IMG/VR virus record: IMGVR_UViG_3300033513_000005
Location: 1-60,020 of that record
Origin: a virus
Lineage: Duplodnaviria; Caudoviricetes
Direction: 5' to 3' (one strand)
DNA: 60,020 nucleotides
This document shows positions 17,189 to 26,417 of the stretch, piece by piece (position 1 is the first letter of the stretch; each line of letters opens with the position of its first letter). The notes below the pieces were generated by a model that saw only the letters and a program-made list of their open reading frames with translations, searched no databases and was not told the DNA's origin. Made by a program: the position numbers and the translations under genes.

Positions 17189-18292
17189 ATGAAAAAGCTC
17201 CGCATGAAAACCCGCGATGGCCTGACGTTCGACTCGGCCTACCGCACCATCGACGCCGCCGGCAACCAGATGGGCAAGCCGCTGGGCATGTCCGTGAAGA
17301 CGTGGGACGGCGCCCGCACCGTGGACAGCACCGGCGCCTTCCTGGTGGGCGAACTGGAACGCCTGGACCTGACCCTGCACGAGCCGCTGGCTGCGGTGAC
17401 GTGGGGCCGGGACATCGACCTCCGCGAGGACGTGACCATTGCCGACGAAGTTTCCAGCTTCACCCTGTCGACCTTTGCTTCGCAGGGCGGCCTGGGCACC
17501 GGCAACGGCATCGGCAACGGCAAGGCCTGGATCGGCAAAGACACGAACCAGATCACCGGCATCAGCGCGGACATCGCCAAGATCCCGCATCAGCTGCGCC
17601 CCTGGGCCATGGAGCTGAAGTACACCATCCTGGAACTCGAGAGCGCGGCCAAACTGGGCCGTCCGATCGACCAGCAGAAGTACGAAGGTCTGCAGCTGAA
17701 GCACCAGATGGACATCGATGAACAGGTGTACATCGGTGATACGGGTACCGGCGACACCGGCCTGGTGAACAACAGCCTGGTGACCAACGTGCAGAACCTG
17801 CCCAACGGCGTGTCCGCAAGCCCCAAGTGGGCGCTGAAGACCCCGGACGAGATCCTGGCGGACGTCAACACCATGCTGACCTCCGTGTGGCAAGCCTCTG
17901 CCTGGGCAGTCATGCCGGGCCGCCTGATGCTCCCGCCCGCCCAGTTCGGTTACATCAGCACCCAGAAGGTGAGCCAGGCCGGCAACGTGTCCATCCTGAA
18001 GTACATCCAGGACAACAACCTGCTGACCACCTCGGGCAAGGGCAAGCTGGAAATCTACCCGCTGAAGTGGCTGATCGGCGCCGGCGTGGGTGGCACGATC
18101 GGCACCGCCGGCACCGTGGACCGCGCTGTGGTGTACACGAAGGAAAAGCAGCGTGTGCGCTACCCGATGACCCTGCTGCAACGCACCCCGGTGCAGTACG
18201 ACAGCATCTACCACAAGACCACGTACTTCTGCCGTCTGGGCGCCGTGGAAGTGGTGTACCCCGAGACCATCGGGTATTTCGACGGCCTGTAA
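17189..18292 (+). CDS. Major capsid protein (DUF2184-type)
   Basis: TVDSTGAFLVGELERLD..LHEPL..VTWGRDI, VEVVYPETIGYFDG; extreme codon bias. Confidence 0.93.
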   Translation: MKKLRMKTRDGLTFDSAYRTIDAAGNQMGKPLGMSVKTWDGARTVDSTGAFLVGELERLDLTLHEPLAAVTWGRDIDLREDVTIADEVSSFTLSTFASQGGLGTGNGIGNGKAWIGKDTNQITGISADIAKIPHQLRPWAMELKYTILELESAAKLGRPIDQQKYEGLQLKHQMDIDEQVYIGDTGTGDTGLVNNSLVTNVQNLPNGVSASPKWALKTPDEILADVNTMLTSVWQASAWAVMPGRLMLPPAQFGYISTQKVSQAGNVSILKYIQDNNLLTTSGKGKLEIYPLKWLIGAGVGGTIGTAGTVDRAVVYTKEKQRVRYPMTLLQRTPVQYDSIYHKTTYFCRLGAVEVVYPETIGYFDGL

Positions 18293-18327
18293 AACGGCCT
18301 GCATCCTCTTAGACCAAGGAGAAGTGA

Positions 18328-18696
18328 ATGGACAAGAACGAAAACCAAGCCCCGGTTCCCCCGTGGATGGCGGGTGCTGCGCAAGCGGCCCCTGCTACCC
18401 AAAACCAGGCCCCGGAAGGGGATTCTGGCACGGGTGAACCGGACGCCAAACACGAAGTGTTGACGCAGGAAACCACCCCCGCGGCCACCCCCGTGGTCAC
18501 TGCTTCGGTGGAACCCGTGAAACCGTCCCCGGACGAAGTCACGGTGACCGTGCCCAAGGCGTTCAAGTTGCGTATCAGTGCTGAACTCTTGGTTGAGTAT
18601 CGCGCTGGCGTGCAACAGATGCCCCGGGTTCACGCTGAACACTGGTATTCCAAGGCCAACGGCGTGTCCATTTACGACCCCTCCGCAGGTCTCTGA
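18328..18696 (+). CDS. STY1053-like phage head-associated protein with Pro/Ala-rich N-terminus
   Basis: C-terminal VTVPKAFKL...YRAGVQQMP..HAEHWYSKANG; follows MCP. Confidence 0.65.
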   Translation: MDKNENQAPVPPWMAGAAQAAPATQNQAPEGDSGTGEPDAKHEVLTQETTPAATPVVTASVEPVKPSPDEVTVTVPKAFKLRISAELLVEYRAGVQQMPRVHAEHWYSKANGVSIYDPSAGL

Positions 18697-18707
18697 GCTG
18701 TGTGCTT

Positions 18708-18733
18708 AAAATAGGCCCGTGAGGGCCTATTTT
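18708..18733 (+). terminator. Rho-independent terminator after capsid genes
   Basis: AAAATAGGCCC-GTGA-GGGCCTATTTT perfect hairpin with GNRA loop. Confidence 0.8.
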
Positions 18734-18760
18734 GGGAACCCTACTCACAGGAGAACGATC

Positions 18761-19003
18761 ATGCCGTTGATTGAGGGCAAGAGCGAAAAAGCTCTGCAGG
18801 AAAACATCAAAACTGAAATCGAACACGGCAAGGATCCGAAGCAGGCCGCCGCGATCGCTTACAGCGTGCAACGCGAGCAGACGGGGGACAACTACGAACC
18901 CAGCATCGTGGCCTGCGTTCCCGAATCGGTGAGCCCCGCCACCATCAACGAACAGAACCGGAAGTATTGGGCCGGTCAAGGCGGTGAAGGGAGCATTACG
19001 TGA
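18761..19003 (+). CDS. Small putative internal head protein
   Basis: AGGAG RBS; [35 protein letters not shown] module, TGD motif, scaffold-like C-terminal helix. Confidence 0.7.
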   Translation: MPLIEGKSEKALQENIKTEIEHGKDPKQAAAIAYSVQREQTGDNYEPSIVACVPESVSPATINEQNRKYWAGQGGEGSIT

Positions 19004-19872
19004 GCAAGCACATTCACATTCACATTCACGGCAACGTCGCGGTGAAAGGGCAAGTCGTTCGCGACGACGCAACCATCTTTTTTGAAGGAACTGAAGAAGC
19101 CTGGAAAGCCCTCATTAAGAAGCACCACCCCACCGCGACTTTCCGTCCTAACATGGGCGGCCATGAAGCGGTGGTAAAGGGTGAGGTCGTGGGTTCAGCG
19201 GGCCCGATCAAATCAGGCGCGTGGCGGGGCGGGTACAGGACTCATCTTCGCAACGTCAAGGACGCCAACCCTGATGTCGCGGGTTACCGGCAATGGGCCA
19301 AAGCCAAAGGCTATTCGGACCCGCAATCCCGCACCACGTTCATCAAGTACGTGCGCGAGATGCGCCTGAACCCGAACGTCGCTTCTGAGCTGGAAAGCGC
19401 TGCCCGCATTGGCCGCGCTGCGCAGGACGCTTCCGAATACGAGCACTTTTCCGACGAGACGATCATTCAGAAAATGATGCGCGGTGACGCTGGTGCGAAA
19501 GCTGAAGCAAAGCGTCGAGGGATTGACAAGGCAAACGATGCAACCCCCAAGGCCTACATTCGCACCACCCCCACTGAATACGAACTCAAGGATGCTTCCG
19601 GCAAGGTTCTCGAGACGTACCCCCGCACCCCAGAGGGGAAGCGCCGCGCTGACATGGAAGCGGCCGAGATGAATAAGGTGAAGGACGCCGTCGCGCCCAA
19701 CAGCCCTTTGGAAAGGGCAAACCGCATGATTAGCGCAATCCGTCAATACAGTTCCAAACTCCGGGAAGTGACAGGTGAACGAGGGGCGGACGGTGGGACT
19801 ATCAACGATGCTCAAAACGCGTTGAAACTGATCAAAGATCACGCCGAAGCGGGTCTTCGCTTGTTAGGATAA
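19000..19872 (+). CDS. Putative internal head polyprotein
   Basis: GTG start with GGAG RBS; HIHIHIH leader; repeated xxD-A motifs. Confidence 0.7.
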   Translation: MSKHIHIHIHGNVAVKGQVVRDDATIFFEGTEEAWKALIKKHHPTATFRPNMGGHEAVVKGEVVGSAGPIKSGAWRGGYRTHLRNVKDANPDVAGYRQWAKAKGYSDPQSRTTFIKYVREMRLNPNVASELESAARIGRAAQDASEYEHFSDETIIQKMMRGDAGAKAEAKRRGIDKANDATPKAYIRTTPTEYELKDASGKVLETYPRTPEGKRRADMEAAEMNKVKDAVAPNSPLERANRMISAIRQYSSKLREVTGERGADGGTINDAQNALKLIKDHAEAGLRLLG

Positions 19873-19875
19873 CCT

Positions 19876-20343
19876 ATGCCCTCCACCCCCTCTGTCTTCA
19901 AGGGCCACTACCCCGAGTTCGTGTGCCCCGACACGTATCCGCCGTCGCAGGTCCAGTATTGGCTGGACACTGCGTATTCCATGTTGAACGCGAGCCGCTG
20001 GGGTCGTCAGTTGGACATGGCTGCGGAGCTGTATTGCGCTCATAACCTGGCGCTCGAAGCCCGGGCCATGAAAGAAGCTTCCATGGGTGGCATTCCGGGC
20101 AGCTCCGTAGGCGTGCTCTCCAGCAAGAGCGTCGACAAAGTGAGCGCGGGGTACGATACCAGTGTGGCCACAGAGAAGGACGCGGGGCACTGGAACCTCA
20201 CGATCTATGGAACCCGACTGTACCGCCTTATCAAGATGTTCGGTGCAGGTCCGCTGACCGTCAGCGTTGGTGCAGGTCCGTCGATGAGCGGCCCTGCTTG
20301 GCCCGGCCCGCTGACGGCACCCGGCTTCACGAATTTCTCATGA
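19876..20343 (+). CDS. Head-tail adaptor (DUF4054-type)
   Basis: FKGHYPEF, ELYCAHNL, SSKSVDKVSAGYD, WNLTIYG. Confidence 0.85.
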   Translation: MPSTPSVFKGHYPEFVCPDTYPPSQVQYWLDTAYSMLNASRWGRQLDMAAELYCAHNLALEARAMKEASMGGIPGSSVGVLSSKSVDKVSAGYDTSVATEKDAGHWNLTIYGTRLYRLIKMFGAGPLTVSVGAGPSMSGPAWPGPLTAPGFTNFS

Positions 20344-20822
20344 AGAACGCTGCCAAAGTTCTGGCCAATAACTTTCCGACCTTTCGTGCCTCGTTGAAGC
20401 ACCTCGAGTCGGACGTCCTTGTTGGCGTGCCCGCGGAGTACGGTGCACGAAAGGACGAAGGGGCCATGAACAATGCTACGCTGGCCTACATCCATGACAA
20501 TGGTAGCCCCGCTGCGAATATCCCTGCGCGGCCGTTCATGCAGCCTGGTATTGAAGCTGGGCGGGAACGAATTTCCAAACTTCTTGAGCAAGGAGCTCGC
20601 GCAGCGATGTACGGCAATGCAGGGAGCGTTGAACAGGCGCTACAGAAGGCCGGCCTTGTTGCACAGGCAAACATACGGGCCGCGATCAATAGCGGCCTAC
20701 CGCCGGCGCTAGCACCCAGCACGCTAGCAGCACGCAAGGCTCGCGGCCGTACCGGGGAGAAGCCGCTGGTCGACACCGGTCAGCTGCGAAACTCTATCAA
20801 CTACGTTGTGAGGGCCAAGTAA
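20340..20822 (+). CDS. Neck or tail-completion protein
   Basis: VLVGVP, LAYIHDNG..IPARPFM, KPLVDTGQLRNSINY. Confidence 0.8.
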   Translation: MKNAAKVLANNFPTFRASLKHLESDVLVGVPAEYGARKDEGAMNNATLAYIHDNGSPAANIPARPFMQPGIEAGRERISKLLEQGARAAMYGNAGSVEQALQKAGLVAQANIRAAINSGLPPALAPSTLAARKARGRTGEKPLVDTGQLRNSINYVVRAK

Positions 20823-21202
20823 TGCCACTCCTCGACGTCAACGACCTCTTGACCGATCCGGACCTTGCAGATCTCTTTGATGTGATCCGCAGAGCTGAAG
20901 TTGTCGGCGCCAACGGGGTTGTGACCACAGTGGACAAGACGTTCAAGAACGTCGTTGGTGTTGTGACTGCTTCGTCACCTACCGATCTCGAAAGAGCTGA
21001 GGACTTCGAAACAATGACCCGGAGCATCACTGTAGTCACTTCGTTCCAGTTGCAGGGGGCGGTGACTGGATATCAGCCCGACATCATTGTATGGCGTGGG
21101 ACGCGGCACCTTGTCAAGCATATTCAACCCTACCCGCATTTCGGAAGAGGGTTTGTCGAAGCTGAGTGCAGCTCGTTGAGCAATACGGATCCCAGACCAT
21201 GA
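20822..21202 (+). CDS. Head-closure or neck protein
   Basis: MPLLDVNDLLTDPDL..., PDIIVWRG; synteny. Confidence 0.7.
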   Translation: MPLLDVNDLLTDPDLADLFDVIRRAEVVGANGVVTTVDKTFKNVVGVVTASSPTDLERAEDFETMTRSITVVTSFQLQGAVTGYQPDIIVWRGTRHLVKHIQPYPHFGRGFVEAECSSLSNTDPRP

Positions 21203-21786
21203 GCAATACGAGCGCCACCGGTGGGCCGCTGCTGCCAAGTGCTGTACCTGAACCGCTTGAGGACCAGGCGCTTCGGGATTTTCTGCAGGCTTGGATTTCG
21301 GGTGTCTCCGGACTCCTTGCCGAGATGGTGCGGCCGCGGTGGCAACCTGAACCCGGGAATCTTCCTGCTGAAAATGTGAATTGGGCAGGCTTCGGAGTCC
21401 AACGTGTGGAATCTGACGTCAATGCTGCGGAGCTGCACTTTCCCTCAGATCCTGGCTATAATGAGCTTCGAAGGCACGAGATTCTGAACGTTATGGCTTC
21501 GTTCTATGGGCCCGGTGCGAGCGGCTACGCGAAGAAATTTCGCGATGGCATTCAAGTGGCTCAGAATCGCGAAGTTCTATCCCTCAACTCCATGGGGTTG
21601 GTGGAAAGCGGTGACGTTATTTCGTTCCCCGAGTTGGTGAAGAACAAATGGTATTACAGAGCGGACATGAGTTTCCGCATTCGCCGTCAGATTGTGCGTC
21701 AGTACCCGGTGCTGAACATCATGTCCGCTACTGCGTCACTGAAGAACGAGATTTATACTGAGCCGATTAACGTCCAAGGAGCGTAG
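21199..21786 (+). CDS. Neck/tail terminator protein
   Basis: MSNTSATGG, VRPRWQ, SFYGP; precedes sheath. Confidence 0.7.
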   Translation: MSNTSATGGPLLPSAVPEPLEDQALRDFLQAWISGVSGLLAEMVRPRWQPEPGNLPAENVNWAGFGVQRVESDVNAAELHFPSDPGYNELRRHEILNVMASFYGPGASGYAKKFRDGIQVAQNREVLSLNSMGLVESGDVISFPELVKNKWYYRADMSFRIRRQIVRQYPVLNIMSATASLKNEIYTEPINVQGA

Positions 21787-21787
21787 A

Positions 21788-23281
21788 ATGCCGCAAGCCC
21801 TACCCATTTCCCGTCTCGTCAATGTCCAGGTGAATCTGGCACCAGCACCGGCGCAGATGCAAGATATTTCCACGCTGTTGATCCTCGGCAGCTCGAACGT
21901 GATCGATGTTCTGGAACGGTACCGCGTCTATGAGTCCATCGACGCCGTCGCGGCCGACTTCGGCACGGTGGCTCAAGAATATCTGGCTGCGCTGCTGTGG
22001 TTTCAACAAGCCCCGCAACCGAGCAAGCTCCTGATCGGCAAATGGGCGCAAACGGCCACACAAGGCCTTCTCCGCGCTGCTCCACTGTCCACCGCCCAAC
22101 AAGCGCTGGCCAACTTCACAGTGGTGACCACGGGGGCATTCCACATCAGTGTGGACGGTGTTGCCAACGACGTCACCGGTCTCAACTTCAGTGGCGCCAC
22201 CAGCCTCAACGGCGTTGCGTCTGTCATTCAGACGGCGCTCCAGGTGATCTATCCGTCGATGTCTTGCGTCTGGAATGCAAACTACAACCGTTTCGAGTTC
22301 GCATCCCCGAGCACCGGGGTTCTTTCCAGTGTCGGCTTCCTGTCACCCCCTGCCACGGGTACCGACATCAGCGGTCTTCTGCTGGGTCGTTCCACGGACA
22401 GCGGTGCTTACGTGGTGCAGGGTATTGCCGCTGAAACGGCGCTCGAAGCGGCTTCGCTGTTCGACAACAACTTCGGCCAGACGTGGTATGCGCTCACCAT
22501 TCTGGGCGCCGTCAACGCTGACCACGAGTCCGTCGCTGGCTACATCGAAGCTGGCAACAACAAGCATCTGTACGGCGTGAGCACGCAAGAGGCGGGCGTT
22601 CTGTCTTCGGTCTCCACCACGGACATCGCATACATCCTCAAGCAGCTCGGTTATCGCCGTACTGTCACGCAGTACAGCAGCACGAGCCCTTATGCTGTCT
22701 GTTCCCTGCTGGGTCGCATTCTGACGACCAACTACAACGGTAACAACACGGTCATTACCCTGATGTACAAGCAGGAACCCGGCATCGTTGCTGAGACGGT
22801 CAACAGTACCCAGATCGGCGTGCTGGAAGGCAAGAACGCCAACATCTTCGTCGCGTATAACAACAACACTGCAATCATTGAGCGCGGCGTGGTTGCGAGC
22901 GGCGACTTCCTGGACATCATCACCGGCACCGACTGGGCTGCGTTGTCCATTCAGAACGGGATTTTCAACCTGCTCTACAGCAACACGACGAAGATCCCGC
23001 AGACCGACGCAGGCAACCAACTCATCGCAACGACGATCGAGAGCGTTTGCTCGCAGGCTGTTCGCAACGGCCTGCTGGCTCCCGGCGTCTGGAATTCCGG
23101 CGGGTTCGGCGCCCTGTCCCAAGGCGACTTCCTGTCCAAGGGCTTCTACGTGTACGCCCCACCTGTGGCCAACCAATCTACCGCAGACCGTGCTGCACGG
23201 AAATCGGTTCTGTTTCAAGTCGCTGCCAAGCTGGCGGGCGCCATCCATACCGTGGATGTCCAGATCAACGTCAACCGCTAA
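21788..23281 (+). CDS. Contractile tail sheath (DUF3383-type)
   Basis: LPISRLVNV, TLMYKQEPG, KIPQTDAG, LAGAIH. Confidence 0.92.
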   Translation: MPQALPISRLVNVQVNLAPAPAQMQDISTLLILGSSNVIDVLERYRVYESIDAVAADFGTVAQEYLAALLWFQQAPQPSKLLIGKWAQTATQGLLRAAPLSTAQQALANFTVVTTGAFHISVDGVANDVTGLNFSGATSLNGVASVIQTALQVIYPSMSCVWNANYNRFEFASPSTGVLSSVGFLSPPATGTDISGLLLGRSTDSGAYVVQGIAAETALEAASLFDNNFGQTWYALTILGAVNADHESVAGYIEAGNNKHLYGVSTQEAGVLSSVSTTDIAYILKQLGYRRTVTQYSSTSPYAVCSLLGRILTTNYNGNNTVITLMYKQEPGIVAETVNSTQIGVLEGKNANIFVAYNNNTAIIERGVVASGDFLDIITGTDWAALSIQNGIFNLLYSNTTKIPQTDAGNQLIATTIESVCSQAVRNGLLAPGVWNSGGFGALSQGDFLSKGFYVYAPPVANQSTADRAARKSVLFQVAAKLAGAIHTVDVQINVNR

Positions 23282-23291
23282 GAGGTGATCC

Positions 23292-23735
23292 ATGTCCACT
23301 TACTCGTTTCTCGATGTCAACGCTGCTCTGGTGGGCCCCGGCGGTTCGGTGAACCTCGGTCAAGGCGCAGGGGCTTCGGAAGAAGGCATCACCATTGAGC
23401 CCTCCGACGACATCGACAGCATGACGATCGGTGCTGACGGCACCCCCATGCATAGCCTGCATGCCAACAAGAGCGGCACTGTGACGGTGCGCCTGCTGAA
23501 GACTTCCCCGGTGAACCAGAAGCTGGCCCTGCTGTACTCGCTACAGACCGCAGGGGCAGCGTCCCATGGTCAGAACACGATCTCGATCGCCAACGTGCAC
23601 ACCCAGGACGTGATCACTTGCCAGTTGGTCGCGTTCAAACGAGCCCCGACGATCACCTACGCCAAAGAAGGCGGAATGAACGAATGGGTGTTCAACGCCG
23701 GCATCATTGACCGTACCCTCGGAGCTGTGACCTAA
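23292..23735 (+). CDS. Tail tube protein (DUF3277-type)
   Basis: YSFLDV, MTIGADG, LLKTSPVN; follows sheath. Confidence 0.9.
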   Translation: MSTYSFLDVNAALVGPGGSVNLGQGAGASEEGITIEPSDDIDSMTIGADGTPMHSLHANKSGTVTVRLLKTSPVNQKLALLYSLQTAGAASHGQNTISIANVHTQDVITCQLVAFKRAPTITYAKEGGMNEWVFNAGIIDRTLGAVT

Positions 23736-24146
23736 ATGAACCTCGACTTCGACCAACAATCGTATACCGTGTCGGGGAAACTCGACACGTTCAGTCAGCT
23801 GCACGTGGCACGAAAGCTGGCTCCCGCCATGCCCATTATCGAGGGTCTGATTGACCCTCGCAATGCGGATAAGGACAAGGGGATCCTGATTGTGCTCATG
23901 ATGTCCCATATCTCCGATTCGGACGTCGAGTACGTGCTGAAAAAGTGCATGTCCGTAGTGACACGCAAGGGTACCGACGGTCGTTCGACCCGGATCCTTG
24001 CGCAGAACGGGGATTTCATGTATGATGACATCAAGCTCGAGACGATGCTGGCCCTTGCTGTGGCTGTCATCGACTTGAACCTGGGCGATTTTTTTCGTAC
24101 CGCCCTCGCGGATATGGCCAAGGTGTCGCGGGAAGCGCAGAGCTAG
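23736..24146 (+). CDS. Tail assembly chaperone
   Basis: KLDTFSQLHVARKLAP...NLGDFF; between tube and tape measure. Confidence 0.8.
   Translation: MNLDFDQQSYTVSGKLDTFSQLHVARKLAPAMPIIEGLIDPRNADKDKGILIVLMMSHISDSDVEYVLKKCMSVVTRKGTDGRSTRILAQNGDFMYDDIKLETMLALAVAVIDLNLGDFFRTALADMAKVSREAQS
24089..24095 (+). other. Programmed -1 frameshift slippery site T TTT TTT
   Basis: The -1 frame is open from here to TAG 24305-24307. Confidence 0.7.
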
Positions 24147-24151
24147 CCACA

Positions 24152-24307
24152 ATGGCTAGCGGAGAAGACTTCCTGATGCGCCCGGTTCTGCGGGGGCTTT
24201 GCAAATACGAGTCGCTCCTGGATGGTACGTTGGGCCTTGTTGACATTGCAAAGATGAACGAGGCGCTGGATGTGGAATCTGAAAATCAACGTCGGTTAAG
24301 GGACTAG
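24152..24307 (+). CDS. Tail chaperone frameshift extension or small ORF
   Basis: MASGEDFLMRPVLRGLCKYESLLDGTLGLVDIAKMNEALDV; in the -1 frame of the chaperone. Confidence 0.7.
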   Translation: MASGEDFLMRPVLRGLCKYESLLDGTLGLVDIAKMNEALDVESENQRRLRD

Positions 24308-24308
24308 A

Positions 24309-25715
24309 ATGTCTGGCACCGCAGAAGTCATGCAGGAGTACCTGATCAAGTTGGGTTACAAGACCGACATGATCTCGCTCCGGAAGTTCGAAGACAGCAT
24401 CAGCAGCACCGGCAAACGAATCTTCAAGCTGGGCGGTGCGGTTGCTGGTATGGTCGTGAGTATGGAAGCTGCGTCTGCTGCTTTCGCTTACGCCATGCGT
24501 AAGACGTATTTCGGTGCGGAGCTTGCCAATACGTCAGTCAAGAACATCAACGCGATGACCTACGCTGGAAAACAGTTCGGCATTAGCGGTGATTCCATGG
24601 CTGGGGCAATCAAGGGTATGGCGCAGGCCATGCGCTTGAACCCGGGATTGCAGGGACTGGTGGAAAGTTTCGGTATCAAAGTCACCGGGCGTGACACCTC
24701 GGATGTCATGCTGGACTTTGTTAAGTCACTGAAAGACATGCCCCAATTCGTGGGGCAGCAATACGCCTCACTCTTCGGAATTGATCCGGACACATACCAT
24801 CAGATGATCAACCATTATGATGAGTTGAAATCCAAGAGAAACGAGCTTCTGAACCAATATCAGGCTGCCGGAATTGACCCCGACGCAGCCAAGGCGATGG
24901 TTCTGGAATACACCGGCGCAATTGACGAATTGAAGTCGAAATTTGACATGCTGACTTTGGCAATGATGACCAAATTCATGCCCCAGTTCAAGAATATAAC
25001 CGCAGCTGTCAACAGCGCGGTTAACTATTGGATCCGCTGGGCTCAGGGTATCGAAAGAGTCAGTGGGTTATTCGATAACCTTTCTGCCCGTGGGGTCTGG
25101 AATTTCCTTGGTGATCTTGGCGGAAAAAGTGCTGCTGAACGAAAGGTTGACGAGCTCTACGGAAAGAAGCCGACCGGTTCTGTCAGCAAGGACGAAGGCA
25201 AGAAAATCCTCAGCCAGATTGAAAAACAATACGGCTTGCCTTCTGGCCTGCTGTATGGGCAATGGGGGCAGGAGTCTGGCTATGGGGCGCAGATGACATC
25301 CCCGAAAGGTGCGCAGGGTCACTTCCAGTTCATGCCCAGCACTGCAAAAGAATTCGGCTTGCGGGACCCAAATGACTTTCGCCAGTCCGCGGATGCGGCA
25401 GCCAGAAAGATGCAAGGGTTGATCAAGCGGTATGGCGGTGACGTCAATATGGCTTTGGCTGCCTACAATTGGGGCGAGGGCAATCTTGACAAGAAAGGTA
25501 TTGCAGGAGCCCCGCAAGAAACACAAGAATACGTCCAGAAAATTACCGGCACAAGGCTCGGCGGTGGCGGTACGGGTGGCACCATCTCCCAAACGAACAA
25601 CGTCAATATCAACGTGACTGGTCAAGGTGCAGAACAGATTGCGAACGCTGTAGGTAAACAACAGAGCCGCGTCCTTGGTAATGCAACGCGACAACTCGTG
25701 GGGAACCCGGGATGA
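24309..25715 (+). CDS. Tape measure protein with lytic transglycosylase (SLT) domain
   Basis: EYLIKLG N-terminus; QESG, GAQGHFQFMP, ALAAYNWGEGN. Confidence 0.9.
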   Translation: MSGTAEVMQEYLIKLGYKTDMISLRKFEDSISSTGKRIFKLGGAVAGMVVSMEAASAAFAYAMRKTYFGAELANTSVKNINAMTYAGKQFGISGDSMAGAIKGMAQAMRLNPGLQGLVESFGIKVTGRDTSDVMLDFVKSLKDMPQFVGQQYASLFGIDPDTYHQMINHYDELKSKRNELLNQYQAAGIDPDAAKAMVLEYTGAIDELKSKFDMLTLAMMTKFMPQFKNITAAVNSAVNYWIRWAQGIERVSGLFDNLSARGVWNFLGDLGGKSAAERKVDELYGKKPTGSVSKDEGKKILSQIEKQYGLPSGLLYGQWGQESGYGAQMTSPKGAQGHFQFMPSTAKEFGLRDPNDFRQSADAAARKMQGLIKRYGGDVNMALAAYNWGEGNLDKKGIAGAPQETQEYVQKITGTRLGGGGTGGTISQTNNVNINVTGQGAEQIANAVGKQQSRVLGNATRQLVGNPG

Positions 25716-26413
25716 GCAACTTCACAGGGTTTGTTCTTGCCGGAGCCCAGCTTGGCCTCCAATCAGTAGTGATTCGCCCAACACGAGGGATTTATGGCAT
25801 CGTGACCCCTGACGGGCGTCAGCTTCCCGATATTATTGCTCAGGCGGTGATTGAGGAGAAGCATCACGACGAACTGGAAATCACGGATCACCCTGTTCAA
25901 CAGGGTGCAATGATTGCCGACCACGCCTACAAGCGCCCCGCGGAGCTCACCCTGAGCTTGGGGTGGAGCAACAGCCCCTCGTCGCCTGGGGGCCTGGTTT
26001 CCCCGGCTATTGCGGCCGCAGCAGCGTCCTCACCTGTGGCCAATGCCGCTGCTGGAGCCTATGGTCTTGTGCAGAACGTCCAAGGCATTCAGTCTTCCCT
26101 GTCGAGTGCCAATGTTGATCAGATTAAGGCCATCTATCAAAGCCTGCTTGAATTGCAAGAAAGCCGAGCTCTGTTTGTGATTTACACCGGTAAGCGGGTT
26201 TACACGAACATGGTTTGCAAGACGCTATCCACGGAAACAGATTTCCGTAGCTCCAACAGTTTGCCCATCACTATGATTTGTAAACAAGTTATTCTGGTGA
26301 ATGCGCAAACTGTGACATTGCCGAAGGCTACACAGGCGGATCCGAAGGCTACGGCCTCCACCGTGCCCAGAGGAAACATTACGGCAGTTGAAACTTCGTT
26401 TCTCCCGAATTGA
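25712..26413 (+). CDS. Baseplate tube-initiator protein
   Basis: EEKHHDELEITDHPVQQG..IADHAYKRP, TGKRVYTNM. Confidence 0.8.
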   Translation: MSNFTGFVLAGAQLGLQSVVIRPTRGIYGIVTPDGRQLPDIIAQAVIEEKHHDELEITDHPVQQGAMIADHAYKRPAELTLSLGWSNSPSSPGGLVSPAIAAAAASSPVANAAAGAYGLVQNVQGIQSSLSSANVDQIKAIYQSLLELQESRALFVIYTGKRVYTNMVCKTLSTETDFRSSNSLPITMICKQVILVNAQTVTLPKATQADPKATASTVPRGNITAVETSFLPN

Positions 26414-26417
26414 CAAT

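Noticed and set aside
14682-18304. Long minus-strand ORFs of 744 aa and 573 aa
   Set aside because: They are antisense shadows of strongly codon-biased head genes and show no protein motifs or RBS
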